Shown here piece by piece: positions 13,301 through 28,000 of a DNA stretch of 64,000 nucleotides. Position numbers and translations under genes: made by a program. Numbering within the stretch: position 1 is the stretch's first letter; every line of letters begins with the position of its first letter. Location of the stretch: NCBI GenBank assembly GCA_964035545.1, contig OZ037767.1:32194628-32258627 (forward strand), read 5' to 3'. The notes beneath the pieces were generated by a model. That model was not told where the DNA came from and did not search any database. It saw only the letters and a list, made by a program, of their open reading frames with translations. This DNA is from Bugula neritina (Eukaryota > Animalia > Bryozoa).

Positions 13301-16300
13301 TCCCATCAAGTCACTGTAAATCCCATCAAGTCACTGTATATCCAATCAAGTCACTGTATATCCCACCAAGTCACTGTATATCTCACCAAGTCACTGTATA
13401 TCTCACCAAGTCACTGTATATCCAATCAAGTCACTGTATATCCAATCAAGTCACTGTATATCCCATCAAGTCACTGTATATCTCACCAAGTCACTGTATA
13501 TCCAATCAAGTCACTGTATATTCCATCAAGTCACTGTATATCCCATCAAGTCACTGTATATCTCACCAAGTCACTGTATATCCAATCAAGTCACTGTATA
13601 TCCCATCAAGTCAATGTATATCCCATCAAGTCACTGTAAATCCCATCAAGTCACTGTAAATCCCATCAAGTCACTGTAAATCCCATCAAGTCACTGTATA
13701 TCCCATCAAGTCACTGTATATCCCACCAAGTCACTGTATATCCAATCAAGTCACTGTATATCCCATCAAGTCACTGTATATTCCATCAAGTCACTGTATA
13801 TCCCACCAAGTCACTGTATATCCCACCAAGTTACTAGTTCTGTATAGCGCTGTATATCTGAATATTGCAGCTGTCAATGCGTTCAGTTGCCCACCGAGTG
13901 CAGGCAGCGCTGGCATTTCAGGTAACTCCAGTCTTCTGATTGGTTGACTCTAAACTAGCTCGAAGTATTTGGCGTCACTCCTCAGCCGTCTGGTTCCGCT
14001 TTAGCAGTTTCTACATCAATGTTTAGTGGTTTCTGTCACGACATGGCACCTAGAATTATTATTATTTTATTACCTGGAAACCGTTGATGTTATGCAAACT
14101 GTTGAAGTAGTGCAAATTGTTGAAAGTAGCACAAGCTGTTGATGTAGTGCAAACTGTTGAAAGTAGTGCAAGCTGTTGAATTAGTGCAAACTGTTGAAAG
14201 TAGTGCAAGCTGTTGAACTAGTGCAAACTGTTGAAAGTAGCCCAAGCTGTTGATGTAGTGCAAACTGTTCATGTAGTGCAAACTGTTGAAAGTATTTTAT
14301 GACGTAGAAGTGCAGCAGGACGTTGCTAGGAGTTGAACATCAAGTGCTTTGACTTGGTTATTTCTCTCTACTTGGTTGTCAGTGTTATACTTTATGTCAA
14401 TGTGGGTGTAGAGTCAATGTGAGTGTAGAGTCAATGTGAGTGTAGAGTCAATGTGAGTGTAAAGTCAATGTGAATGTAGAGTCAATGTGAATGAAGAGTC
14501 AATATGAGTGTAGAGTCAATGTGAGCGAAGAGTCAAGGTGAGTGTAGAGTCAATAGTTAATGTGACTGCAGAATCAATGTGAATGTAGAGTCAATGTGAA
14601 TGAAGATGTGGGGAATCAGACATGGTGTCAGTCTTAGAGCTTTTATCCCATGTATCTAACTTCGTTTTGCTCTGACAATTAGCTAGTATTTGGAGAATTT
14701 TTGTAGAGCCCATGCTTATGGCTTTACTTTCTACTATGATCTCTATATGTTTGTGTGTGCATTACCAAACAAGTAACATTTACTGTAACAGCTGTTCATA
14801 TCTTTCGTCACACATTGTGATTTTCTGTGCTCGGTGGGTCTCATTTTATTTTCCTGTAAACTTAGTTGCGGACTGATTTGAAAGTCTCAACACTTTGAGA
14901 ACAGCTTTGTATAACCTACCTAAATTCAGTCATTCTAAAGTATACTAATTCTGAGTGAGTTATGAGCTTTCGTCTGAGTATTAGCAAATTTTTTAGTTTT
15001 TTGCTAACAATTTATGTTTCTATTCAAGATGGCCGCCGGACAGCTGGTGAAGTCTGGGAAGAGAGAATCTGGAGCTCTCAAAGTCGAAGATAAAAAAGGA
15101 AAGAAAGACCGAACTGATTCTGCAAAGACCTCCAAATCAGACGTGAAGGGTGGGCATGAGTTCTTTATTGAATATCATTACATTGTTTGTGGAGTTCCCA
15201 AGACTAAGATTGGTGTTAGATTTAATTGTCATGTGACTATATATAAAGTAAATACTGCTGTAGGTAAAGTCACGGGATTATATATAAAGTAAATACTGCT
15301 GCAGGTAAAGTCATGTGACTATATATAAAGTAAATACTGCTGCAGGTAAAGTCACGTGATTATATATAAAGTAAATACTGCTGTAGGTAAAGCAGAAAGT
15401 CACGTGACAGATGCAGACGTGGTTCCTGTGACTCCCCAGGGAGAAGATGGGGGGTTCAGCGAGACTGGTGGTGTCGGTGGACCTCCTGAAGAGTCTCCAG
15501 AAGGACCTGCTGTTGATGAAGAGACTAAAAAGAAGATGTGGATGGACTTTGATGTCTTCTGCAAGTGTTTCAAGTGAGTGAAGACATCAAATTAATGTAA
15601 TGAGGTGGTGGGGTTGTTGATGCGACAGTATATACTAGAGTACATACTGATATGTTATGACCAGCATTGTGTTACTGTAGAACTCTCACTGTCTACCACA
15701 AGCCTCACACCTACCCACATAAAGCTCATCATACAGATAATATGAAGGTGAGTTGTTGCCACTAAGTTTAAACTCTTTGCTTTTGTCTGTGAGTGACCTA
15801 AAGTTATATTACAGAGTGACTTTACTCACTGAGTGACATCATCAAGTGAGATCACTCAGTGACATCATCAAGTGAGATCACTCAGTGACATCATCAAGTG
15901 AGATCACTCAGTGACATCATCAAGTGAGATCACTCAGTGACATCATCAAGTGAGATCACTCAGTGACATCATCAAGTGAGGTTACTCAGTGACATCATCA
16001 AGTGAGATCACTCAGTGACATCATCAAGTGAGATCACTCAGTGACATCATCAAGTGAGGTTACTCAGTGACATCATCAAGTGAGATCACCGAATGACATC
16101 ATCAAGTGAGATCACCGAATGACATCATGAAGTGAGGTCACTCAGTGACATCATCAAGTGAAGTCACTCAGTGACGTCATCAAGTGAGGTCACTCAGTGA
16201 CATCATCAAGTGAGGTCACTAAGTGACATCATGGAGTGAAGTCACTCAGTGACATCATCAAGTGGGGTCACTGAACTATGTGGCTGCACTAAATTAAAAA

Positions 16301-19300
16301 GCACCGTAATTGTTAATCGTAGCATATGGAAATGAATGTCTTCTTCAATACATATAAATCTGACAAACTCACTCTGCTATTCTCTCCATAGCACTTCATA
16401 GAGAGATACTTAGCACCTGGCTTCTCTATATCTCTACAGGTTTGTCTCCATTTTCCTCTCTCTCTTACAACACTCAGTTTTATACTGTTTTCTGTTCATG
16501 TTAGCCTGTATTCCCGTGATGCTTGTACTCCCATCTCGCCATCTTCCTATAGCCTGGCTTTCTTGTGACAAAAACTTCTTTTCTACTCCGAAGATGGCCG
16601 CAACAGTGATCTACATCACTGTTGATTTAACTTTAAAACTTGAGAGGCTTGTGTTTATCTTGTAATTATCTTCTCTTCGCTGTTTCCAATGCATGACTAT
16701 ACTGTTTTCATTCTGTTTATAGTTTATACTTATTTACCGTAACACAAATATTTCACCGAACAGTTGACATTTCTGTGTGTACCGCAGCTAGTGTGTACTA
16801 CAGTCAGTGTACCACAGTCAGTGTACCACAGTCATTGTGTACTACAGCTAGTGTACCACAGTCAGTGTACTACAGTCAGTGTACCACAGTCAGTGTACTA
16901 CAGTCAGTGTACTACAGTCAGTGTACCACAGTCAGTGTGTACTACAGTCAGTGTACTACAGTCAGTGTACCACAGTCAGTGTACCACAGTCAGTGTACCA
17001 CAGTCAGTGTACCACAGTCAGTGTACTACAGTCAACTTTCTATTACTATTGCAGGGGGCAGTGCACCAGCCTATAAATCCAAGATTAGACAGAAAAGGGC
17101 AGACAATTCTTTACAATGATGAAGCACCAAGATTTCTGTGTATGAACATCTCATGTGTATAGATAGAGACTAACTTCTTCACATTATTGTAACAGTAGCT
17201 TGTTTCTGAACAAATGTAGGGAAATAGTTTAAGTGGGTGTGGTTTGTCTAAGTGGGTGTGGTTTATCTAAGTGGGTGTGGTTTGTCTCATTGGGTGTGGT
17301 TTGTCTCAGTGAGTGTCTAGAGTTTTGAGTTTATCTAGAGAAAAGCCTCATGTACTAACCAATAGAACATGTAAACATGAAGTTTTGTACGTTGTTGTCT
17401 CCACGTTGTTTGTGTTCAACTATGACCTTGACATTGCTTCTAGTTGTGGATAGCCTGAAACCCACAGAGATCATCATTTCCTTCACGTCCTTCTCGAAGT
17501 GGCTGGACCCGGTGCAGTCGACTCACTCCGTGCCAGTTATCAGCGCGTCTAACCCTTCCAATATCAACGTCGCCAAAACAGGCAAGGACAGCAAAGAGCC
17601 CAAGACTCCCGACAGACCCCCCGGCACTGCTGAGCCTCCTTCTGGTGTTGGCAGCGTAGCGGGTGGAGAAGGTGGGCTCACAGTTTAGTGTTCAGTTGTG
17701 TTGAGTAGTATAAGTATTGTGTTGAATAGTATAAGTATTGTGTTGAATAGTATAAGTATTGTGTTGAATAGTATAAGTATTGTGTTGAATAGTATAAGTA
17801 TTGTGTTGAGTAGTATAAGTATTGTGTTGAATAGTATAGGTATTGTGTTGAATAGTATAAGTATTGTGTTGAGTAGTATAAGTATTGTGTTGAGTAGTAT
17901 AAGTATTGTGTTGAATAGTATAAGTATTGTGTTGAATAGTATAAGTATTGTGTTGAATAGTATAAGTATTGTGTTGAGTAGTATAAGTATTGTGTTGAAT
18001 AGTATAAGTATTGTGTTGAGTAGTATAAGTATTGTGTTGAATAGTATAAGTATTGTGTTGAGTAGTATAAGTATTGTGTTGAATAGTATAAGTATTGTGT
18101 TGAATAGTATAAGTATTGTGTTGAATAGTATAAGTATTGTGTTGAATAGTATAAGTATTGTGTTGAGTAGTATAAGTATTGTGTTGAGTAGTATAAGTAT
18201 TGTGTTGAATAGTATAAGTGTTGTGTTGAGTAGTATAAGATGATGCAATGACAATAATAATTTAATCGTAGTGTTCGAAAAGGAAGTAGAAAAGCTACCC
18301 ATAACACCCGGCACCTTGATTGCTGAACCACATTCTTGGAAGTCACTGGCTATTGGTCAGCCAATTTTACGTATAAGAACTACAGCCAATAGGTTTGTGA
18401 TTCACGCAGAAGAAATTAAAAACTTTAAGTTCAGTTTGAATAATTAATTAATATTTTGACAAACAATTCAGTCAGCATTAAATTTGTATTCTAACAAAGG
18501 CCGGCAGTGTCTTCATAGTTTGAATACCTTGTAGGTCGGCTGCTTTATCTTTACCTCCGGGACGCCATGTGTTGAAATTCAACATGTCCGCCCCTCTTGG
18601 CTATTACGTCAACTTAGTCTCAACGACGGAATTCACTTTTGGAGATGAGGAAGAAGTGATGCCTAAACTCAAGCTGGTATAATGTCTGCATTTGATTTGT
18701 ACCCAAATCTTGTCACAACAAGATTTACTCATAAAACTGAGCATTAGTATAACTTATTTGTGTGTTTGGTGGCTCGTATAGAGCAGTGATGACTCATGTT
18801 TTGCACTCTTTAGGAAAGTTTAAGATACAAGGACAATGCTGTGCGTATAATCAGCAATCTGTGCAAGTGCATGCAGACGTTCAATGACGTAGAGGCTTTT
18901 GTGAAAGCCTGGGACGAGTTTGAACAGAGTCATTGCCCCTATAGAAATGAGAAGCAAGTCTCAAAGACACATCACTACAAGGTAACGAGTATTAGCAGAC
19001 GTATAACTAGCAGACGTATAACTAGCAGACGTATAACTAGCAGACGTATAACTAGCAGACGTATAACTAACAGACGTATAACTAACAGATATATAACTAG
19101 AAAGTGATGAGTACATGTGTACATCCAGGTGTTCCACGATGCTCTGTACAGTACACTGCGTAAGACACTCCCTCCAGAGTTGCTCACCGCAGAAGTGGCA
19201 TTTGCACTTCGAGCAATTTTTAGAGACTCCACAACTCCCAATATCCTTGGTTTGTCCTCATCAAGTAGACCAGGTACGTTTCTCTGATGTATCTCTAAGA

Positions 19301-22300
19301 CTATACTATAACTCTCTCTACAGCTATATATACCTACCTCTATTGTTCTCTATACTATAACTCATTCTACAGCTATATATACCTACCTCTATTGTTCTCT
19401 ATACTACAACTCTCTCTACAGCTATATATACCTACCTCTATTGTTCTCTATACTATAACTCTCTCTACAGCTATATATACCTACCTCTATTGTTCTCTAT
19501 ACTATAACTCTCTCTACAGCTATATATACCTACCTCCATTGTTCTCTATACTATAACTCACTCTACAGTTATATATACCTACCTCCATTGTTCTCTATAC
19601 TATAACTCTCTCTACAGTTATATATACCTACCTCTATTGTTCTCTATACTATAACTCTCTCTACAGCTATATATACCTACCTCTATTGTTCTCTATACTA
19701 TAACTCTCTCTACAGCTATATATACCTACCTCTATTGTTCTCTATACTACAACTCATTCTACAGTTATATATACCTACCTCTACCTCACATTCCTTTCTT
19801 CTCTATCACCAGATGTCTCTCTCCAGAACATTTCTAGAAATTCACCATCAGAGACGGGCTCTTCTGGCAGACCCACTCCTAGTAAACGGCGGTTTGCTGA
19901 GACTTCAGATTTAGATAGTACGGCCAATTTCCTGTTTCTCGTTACATGCCTACATCTTCCAAATCATTTCCATGTTGACTTTATACGTTTGTTTTTGTGA
20001 GTTTTATTTCTATCCATAAAGACTGAAGATCTGTTCAAGTGTAGTTAAATAGGTATATCTTTCTGTCCAAACAGTTCGTAGCTTTGTGATAGAGAATTTA
20101 CAACAAGCCAGTCAAAGTAAATATCTTCACCAGGTTTAACTGAGTGTATTTTTACTCACAGCTACTGGAGCCAGTGCTAATCACAGAGGTTCTGCTAAGG
20201 AAAAGAAAGACAAGAGCAAACCAGGAAGTAAGTCTCAGTAACGTCATTTCTCTTCTCTCAACATTTCTAGCAAATATAATTTTGTCCTAAGGCCTGAATA
20301 TAAGTCAAGAATGCTTTACGCCGTAATCAGATTTTTATTATGGTATAATTTATTTTTCAATTTTGTTGGTTATAAGGATGAGACAACTCTACAATTGTCT
20401 GCTCTTTTATTATCACATTTTTGTTGCACCAAATTCACACTGTGCGACAATCAAAAGCTGATATTTTTCTGCCCAGAACATGCAGGACATGCTGAACGAG
20501 ATTCAGATCTCCTTGCTCATGGTAAGATGCTGCTAGATAACAAACATTGTGGCTAGTTGTCAATTCTGTCAGCTCATTGGCTAACTGGTTTTATGTGATT
20601 GACTAGCTGGTGCTATGACACTGACTAGCTGGTTTTATGTGATTGACTAGCTGGTGCTATGACACTGACTAGCTAGTGCTATGACACTGACTAGCTGGTG
20701 TTATGACACTGACTAGCTGGTGCTATGACACTGACTAGCTGGTGTTATGACACTGACTAGCTAGTGTTATGACACTGACTAGCTGGTGCTATGACACTGA
20801 CTAGCTAGTGTTATGACACTGACTAGCTGGTGTTATGACACTGACTAGCTGGTGTTATGACACTGACTACCTGGTGTTATGACACTGACTAGCTGGTGCT
20901 ATGACACTGACTACCTGGTGCTATGACACTGACTAGCTGGTGTTATGACACTGACTAGCTGGTGCTATGACACTGACTAGCTGGTGCTATGACACTGACT
21001 AGCTGGTGTTATGACACTGACTAGCTGGTGCTATGACACTGACTAGCTGGTGCTATGACACTGACTAGCTGGTGCTATGACACTGACTACCTGGTGCTAT
21101 GACACTGACTAGCTGGTGTTATGACACTGACTAGCTGGTGCTATGACACTGACTAGCTGGTGCTATGACACTGACTAGCTGGTGCTATGACACTGACTAG
21201 CTGGTGCTATGACACTGACTAGCTGGTGCTATGACACTGACTACCTGGTGCTATGACACTGACTACCTGGTGCTATGACACTGACTAGCTGGTGCTATGA
21301 CACTGACTAGCTGGTGCTATGACACTGACTAGCTGGTGCTATGACACTGACTAGCTGGTGCTATGACACTGACTAGCTGGTTAGTGTCAACTCAGATTTG
21401 TCATGTTATTGAAGTTGGTTTTGTTGTATGTTGCATTGACCTTCCTGGCTAATAATTGCGTTATTTCTTCTAACTCCAATGTGACATGTTGATGTAACAT
21501 GTTGATGTGACACGTTTATGTTGATGGGACATGTTGATGCAAGATGTTGATGTAACATGTTGATGGAACACGTTGATGTTACTATTAGTTAGTTAGAGTG
21601 CTGATAGCCACTGCTATGTTTGCCAGGGGAGGCCGACAAGGTTCCAGAAAAGTGGGTCGACCATGAGATTACGGCTGAGGAGATGTTGGCGCAGGTGAAG
21701 ATTAGCAAGGTGTGGAAAGGTCACTTTGTGCGCCGCCTTGAGAATGCGAGAATTCCGGGCCATGACGTGCACCGGGCCACCTACGACTGTCTGGTAAAGA
21801 TAAGTCAGGCTCTGGAACCTCACGCGGAAACTGCCGGCCTCAACCTTCTCAGGTGGGTTTTTCCTCCATCTGCTTGTCAGTTTAATTAACATAAACCAGC
21901 CATGAGCTATAGGCACGTATTCCATGTATTCAGATAGCCATGAGCTATAGGCGCGTATTCAACGTGTTCAGAAGGTTGAGACTAGAATATAAGTTTGCTC
22001 TTTACATGAGCTGATTTGTAGCATAAATATTCTGTTTCCTGTGTGGAATCAGGGGATACAACTCTTGATGTATTCTCCAGAAAACTTTACCTACTAACTA
22101 TGAGCTGCTGGCAACCCAAAGCTGCAAGCCTTGGGTCTAATCAATATTTGTGAGTAGAGAGGGGCCTTAGGCTAACTGTAGTTAGGTAACAATGCATGCC
22201 ACCCCCCCCCCTTCCCCATGTAATGGTCAACCAGTAATCACACACTATTTGCACAAAGTTTAAAACACTTGAAGTTGTCTGCACACCTCAGGTTATGCTC

Positions 22301-24902
22301 ATGAACCCAGGTCTATGTTAGTCAGTACTCAGGTCTATGTTAGTCAGTACTCAGTACCCAGGTCTATGTTAGTCAGTACTCAGTACCCAGGTCTAAGTTA
22401 GTCAGTACCCAGGTCCATGTTAGTCAGTACCCAGGTCCATGTTAGTCAGTACCCAGGTCTATGTTAGTCAGTACCCAGGTCTATGTTAGTCAGTTGGTTG
22501 TTCAGCAGAATTTGAATCTCTTCTCCTTTCACAGGTTGTTCTTCAAAGCCGAGCCGGATTTGATGCCCAAATATCCATTTTATAAAGACGAGTGGAACAA
22601 GATATCGTACAATGACTACAGCGGGGGCTACCCTGACCAGCCCGCCAACACCTGGTTTATTGTCTTTAGAGAAATATTTTATGTTTCTGAAGACACGCTG
22701 TGTGTACCTAAAATGTATATACAGGTAAATATGATTCATCTGTTAGGTATTCAACAGGTAGATATGACTCATGTGTATACAGGTAAATATGACTCATGTA
22801 TGCAGGTAAATATGGTATATTGTAGGGAGGGCTGAACACGTGTCTTCTTCGAGTAGTTGATAATGACACCGGCACTGAAACTCCAAGAATCTTCCAGAAG
22901 GTGGCTCCTCAAGTTTACAAGAGGAACAAGAAAGGTTCTGCTCTTCTGTATTCTATCACTATACTATACTGTATACTATCACTATACTATACTGTATACT
23001 ATCACTATACTGTATACTATCACTATACTGTATACTATCACTATATTATACTGTATACTATCACTATACTGTATACTATCACTATACTGTATACTATCAC
23101 TATACTGTATACTATCACTATATTATACTGTATACTATCACTATACTATACTGTATACTATCACTATACTATACTGTATACTATCACTATACTATACTGT
23201 ATACTATCACTATATTATACTGTATACTATCACTATACTATACTGTATACTATCACTATACTATACTGTATACTATCACTATACTATACTGTATACTATC
23301 ACTATACTATACAGTGTACTATCACTATACAGTGTACTATCACTATACTGTATACTATCACTATATTATACTGTATACTATCACTATATTATACTGTATA
23401 CTATCACTATATTATACTGTATACTATCACTATACTATATACTATCACTATATTATACTGTGTACTATCACTATACTGTATACTATCACTATATTATACT
23501 GTATACTATCACTATATTATACTGTATACTATCACTATACTATACTGTATACTATCACTATACTATACTATATACTATCACTATATTATACTGTATACTA
23601 TCACTATACTATACTGTATTCTATCACTATACTATACTGTATACTATCACTATACTATACCGTATACTATCACTATACTATATACTATCACTATACTATA
23701 CTGTATACTATCACCTTATTGGACTGTATACACTATACTATACTGTATACTATCACTATACTATACTGTATACTATCACTATACTATACTGTATACTATC
23801 ACTATATTATATTGTATACACTATACTATACCGTATGCACTATATTATACTGTACGTATATATTACATATTTAAGGCTACACGTTTGTGGCGGAGGCTCG
23901 CTCCTTAGACGCAGCTATTACTGGAAATAAATGGAAGATGCGTCTGATTGGCTCAATGGCTCAGTTGCCCCACCCATCCCGACCAGAAGTTCAAAGTTCA
24001 TTTCACATGAGAGAGATTAGAGACTACTATGTGCCTCAAGATAACCACGTAATGCTGAGGTATATGACCAAATATATTGTGTAGTGTAATATATTATATG
24101 ATGTGATATAGCAATATAGTACCTGATATAATAGAATGTAACGTAGTAATATATTACAATATAATATCGTAATATAATTTGATGTAGTATAGTAATATAA
24201 TATGACGTAGTATAATAATATAATATAGTAATACATGATGTAATATAGTAATATAATATGATGTAGTATAATAATATAATATGGTGTAATATAGTAATAT
24301 ATTACAATATATTATAGTAATATAATATGATATAGTATAGTAATATAATATGATGTAATATAGTAATACATGATGTAATATAGTAATATATGATGTAATA
24401 TAGTAATATAATATAGTAATACATGATGTAATATAGTAATAGGATTTGTAGATATGTAGTGAAAGTGTTTGAAGACAACCACCTGGTGAGTCTCCAGCTA
24501 AACACCTCCAAACCTGACGTCTACATCAAGCTGCAGGTGCTCGATCAAGAAGAAGAGGTCCTTGCTGCCGTTGGAAAGGGTCATGTGGTGCTGCCTTCCT
24601 TCATATTCCAGAAAGATGCGAGTGCTGACGACTCTGAGAAAAGACCGAGCTCTCGCGGATGTGAGTACAGAATGCAAATAACTACGATACCACTAGTACT
24701 ACTACTAGTACTAGTAGTACTAGTGGTAGTAGTACTAGTACTACTACTAGTACTAGTACTACTACTACTACTAGTACTACTACCACTACTACTACCACTA
24801 CTACTACTACTACTACTGCTACTACTACTACTACTACCACTACCACTACTATTACTACTACTACTACTATTACTACTAGTACTATTACTACTACTACTAC
24901 TT

Positions 24903-24965
<63 letters not shown>

Positions 24966-25016
24966 GTACTACTACCACTATTACTACCACTACTACTACT
25001 ACTACTACTACTGCTG

Positions 25017-25053
<37 letters not shown>

Positions 25054-28000
25054 CACTACCACCACCACCACTACCACCACCACCACTACCACTACTACTA
25101 GTACTACTACTACTACTACTACTACCACTACCACTACTACTATTACTACTAGTACGACTAGTACTACTACTACTATTACTGCTACTACTACTACTAAGAT
25201 ACATTCATAACTGTCTCTGTTATGTTTGAAGCTGCTAAAGGAAGTAAGAATAAAGGATCGTCCAATAAGAGAGTTGGTTCCGCCACTCAATCGGTAAGTA
25301 ATGAGAGGTTAGGTGTTTAACTAGTTGTCCGCCCCACTGCACCCTCCTATTTCTCTTCTACTCACTGTGAAAGGGGAAGTCCCTTGTCATCACTAAACAA
25401 CTCTCTAGGCAGATTTATATACGTGACATGTTGAATTGTTTACTAAACTGTTTTTAGAGTTGCCCTCTCTTTGTAAAACTTGTTCTAGTCTTACTCAAAA
25501 CTCACTGATATTTAGTTGTGTAGAGATTGTGAATTAATATTGAAATCCTGTTGGAATTATCTGTTGATGTGACACAACAGAAAAACAGCAGACGACTTTG
25601 TAAAGCTGTATCCACTGACCGTTCTGATCGTATGGTATGTGCTTGTCCCCCTTTCAGCTGTTGCTGCATGCTAACAGACATCTAGTCTCTGCGCACTTCT
25701 TCTCTTGGCCCTTTCTCCTCGGACTTTACTAGCTTCACCAGCTTACTCTTGGTTCAAATGTTTGCGAATTTCTGGATTATTTCTTCTTGTTTTGGATTAA
25801 AATGAGTTCTTTTGCGCCGTACTTTTTCTCTTAAACCCGGTGAAGTTTCCTCATCTTTCTGTGTTGGTGCTGAGAACTGAAAGTTACATCGTAACATGGT
25901 TGGAGTTTTTTAGTGTTTGGCAGCAACAGCCAACTATCTTTCTTCTTCAATGTATAATGTAGAAGAGTTCAAGTGTCCTAAAGAGTATACTTTTATTTTA
26001 TGTGCTACACACTCTATAAGTAGCTCGTCTAATTAGACACTGTGACTTGACTTTACCATGAGTATGTAGTGTAGTTATCTCTCTCCAGCCACGAGCTGAA
26101 AGTCGCACATCTCTGGACGGAATGGAAGAAGAGGAAGTGGTGAGTGACTCGAAGGAAGTGAAGTCACACAAGTACGTCATACAGGCGATGGTGCTTAGGG
26201 ACAGCTGGCCTCTCAACCAACACCAGTGGGCGTTTGTTGAGGAGTTGAAGGAGAAGGAAAGAGAAGAACTAAAAGGTTAGCCTCGACATTGTCTCTTTGT
26301 TTCCTACATGAATATATTAGAGTCTATTCTCGCATTATCTGTCACCTCTATTAATCTCTCATACTGAGAATGCTGACTTTGTGTGGGTGTGTCTAGTTTA
26401 CGCTGACAGGAAACACGACCTGGCCTCTTCTCACACCCTCTCTAGAAATACTATTCCTCCAGCCAGAAATGCATCTGCTACTAGCGGTCTGTCATCTTTC
26501 ATCACGTTCTCTTCAGTTTTGTTCTGTTACATCTTCTCTTTCTTTCCTTGGGAGTTATCCTCTCTGAAAACAAGACTTAGTCTGTGATTCAGTCTTAAAG
26601 AATTGCTGTATGGCTAGACTCTAATATACCTACAATACACTACCTGGGACTACCTACAATATATTACCTGTGACTACCTACAATATATTACCTGGGACTA
26701 CCTACAATACACTACCTGGGACTACCTACAATACACTACCTGGGACTACCTACAATACACTACCTGGGATTACCTACAATATATTACCTGGGACTACCTA
26801 CAATACATTACCTGGGACTACCTACAATACATTACCTGGGACTACCTACAATACATTACCTGGGACTACCTACAATACATTATTTGGGACTACCTACAAT
26901 ATATTACCTGGGACTACCTACAATACATTACCTGGGACTACCTACAATATATTACCTGGGACTACCTACAATACACTACCTGGGATTACCTACAATATAT
27001 TACCTGGGACTACCTACAATACATTACCTGGGACTACCTACAATACATTACCTGGGACTACCTACAATACACTACCTGGGATTACCTACAATATATTACC
27101 TGGGACTACCTACAATACATTACCTGGGACTACCCTGTTCAATGATTCCTTTAGCCATTGCTTAACTATCACTTACATATTGTAGGTGACAGAAAGCTAT
27201 TTATGTACCTTTCATTCACTTACTTGGCACTGTTTGTTACCCAGTTGCGTGTTCCATTTCAGCACACATTTGATTTGTTACTGTTTTATTTTCCATCACA
27301 ATTTTGTTGAATATTTTAGCCAATTATGAAGAAGGTAACTGGGCTGAGCTCTTATAATGTAGCCACTAATCTGCACTAAATATCTGCTACTCATGTCTAA
27401 CTTTAGTTTATAAACTGGGTAGATTGAAAACTACTTAGTGAAATCCATCCAGTTAATTTCTTAACTCAAAATCTATACAAGAACTAGACTTCAATCTGCC
27501 GTAGTTTATAGCTGATTAACAATGAAACTGCTGAGATATATAATAGAATATGCAAAAGAAGATGATTCTGCAATGATTATAGTGCGAGTTGGCCATGTGC
27601 CGTAACTGTAAGGCTGTGTGTGGTGAAGTGATTTGATTAATTCTTCCACTAGTCTAGTAGATCTCATGTAGTAGTTTCTGAATCTCGCAATAGTGAGTTT
27701 CTTTCAACTTGTGAGATGAAAATGCTCTCGCAATCAGTGGATGTAAATGAAAGAAGTTGAGTGGTTGTGGTTTTACTGTAGCCTTAGTATTCTATGTTTG
27801 CTGTAGCCTTAGTATTCTATGTTTGCTGTAGCCTTAGTATTCTATGTTTGATGGTAGTAATGAAAGCAAAGGACAGAGAGCAATCCCCCTCGGGTCAGGC
27901 AGCTGCCAAAGAGCAGAAAACTCCACAGGGCACGGCTAAAGGAGGTAAAGCCAAGGGTAAAGAGAAGGTAGATAAAAGTGACAAGACAAAGGCAGGGGGG

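Noticed and set aside
20075-20116. Additional 42-nt ADGB micro-exon candidate
   Set aside because: Would leave a 45-nt intron with a weak donor; not supportable without RNA.
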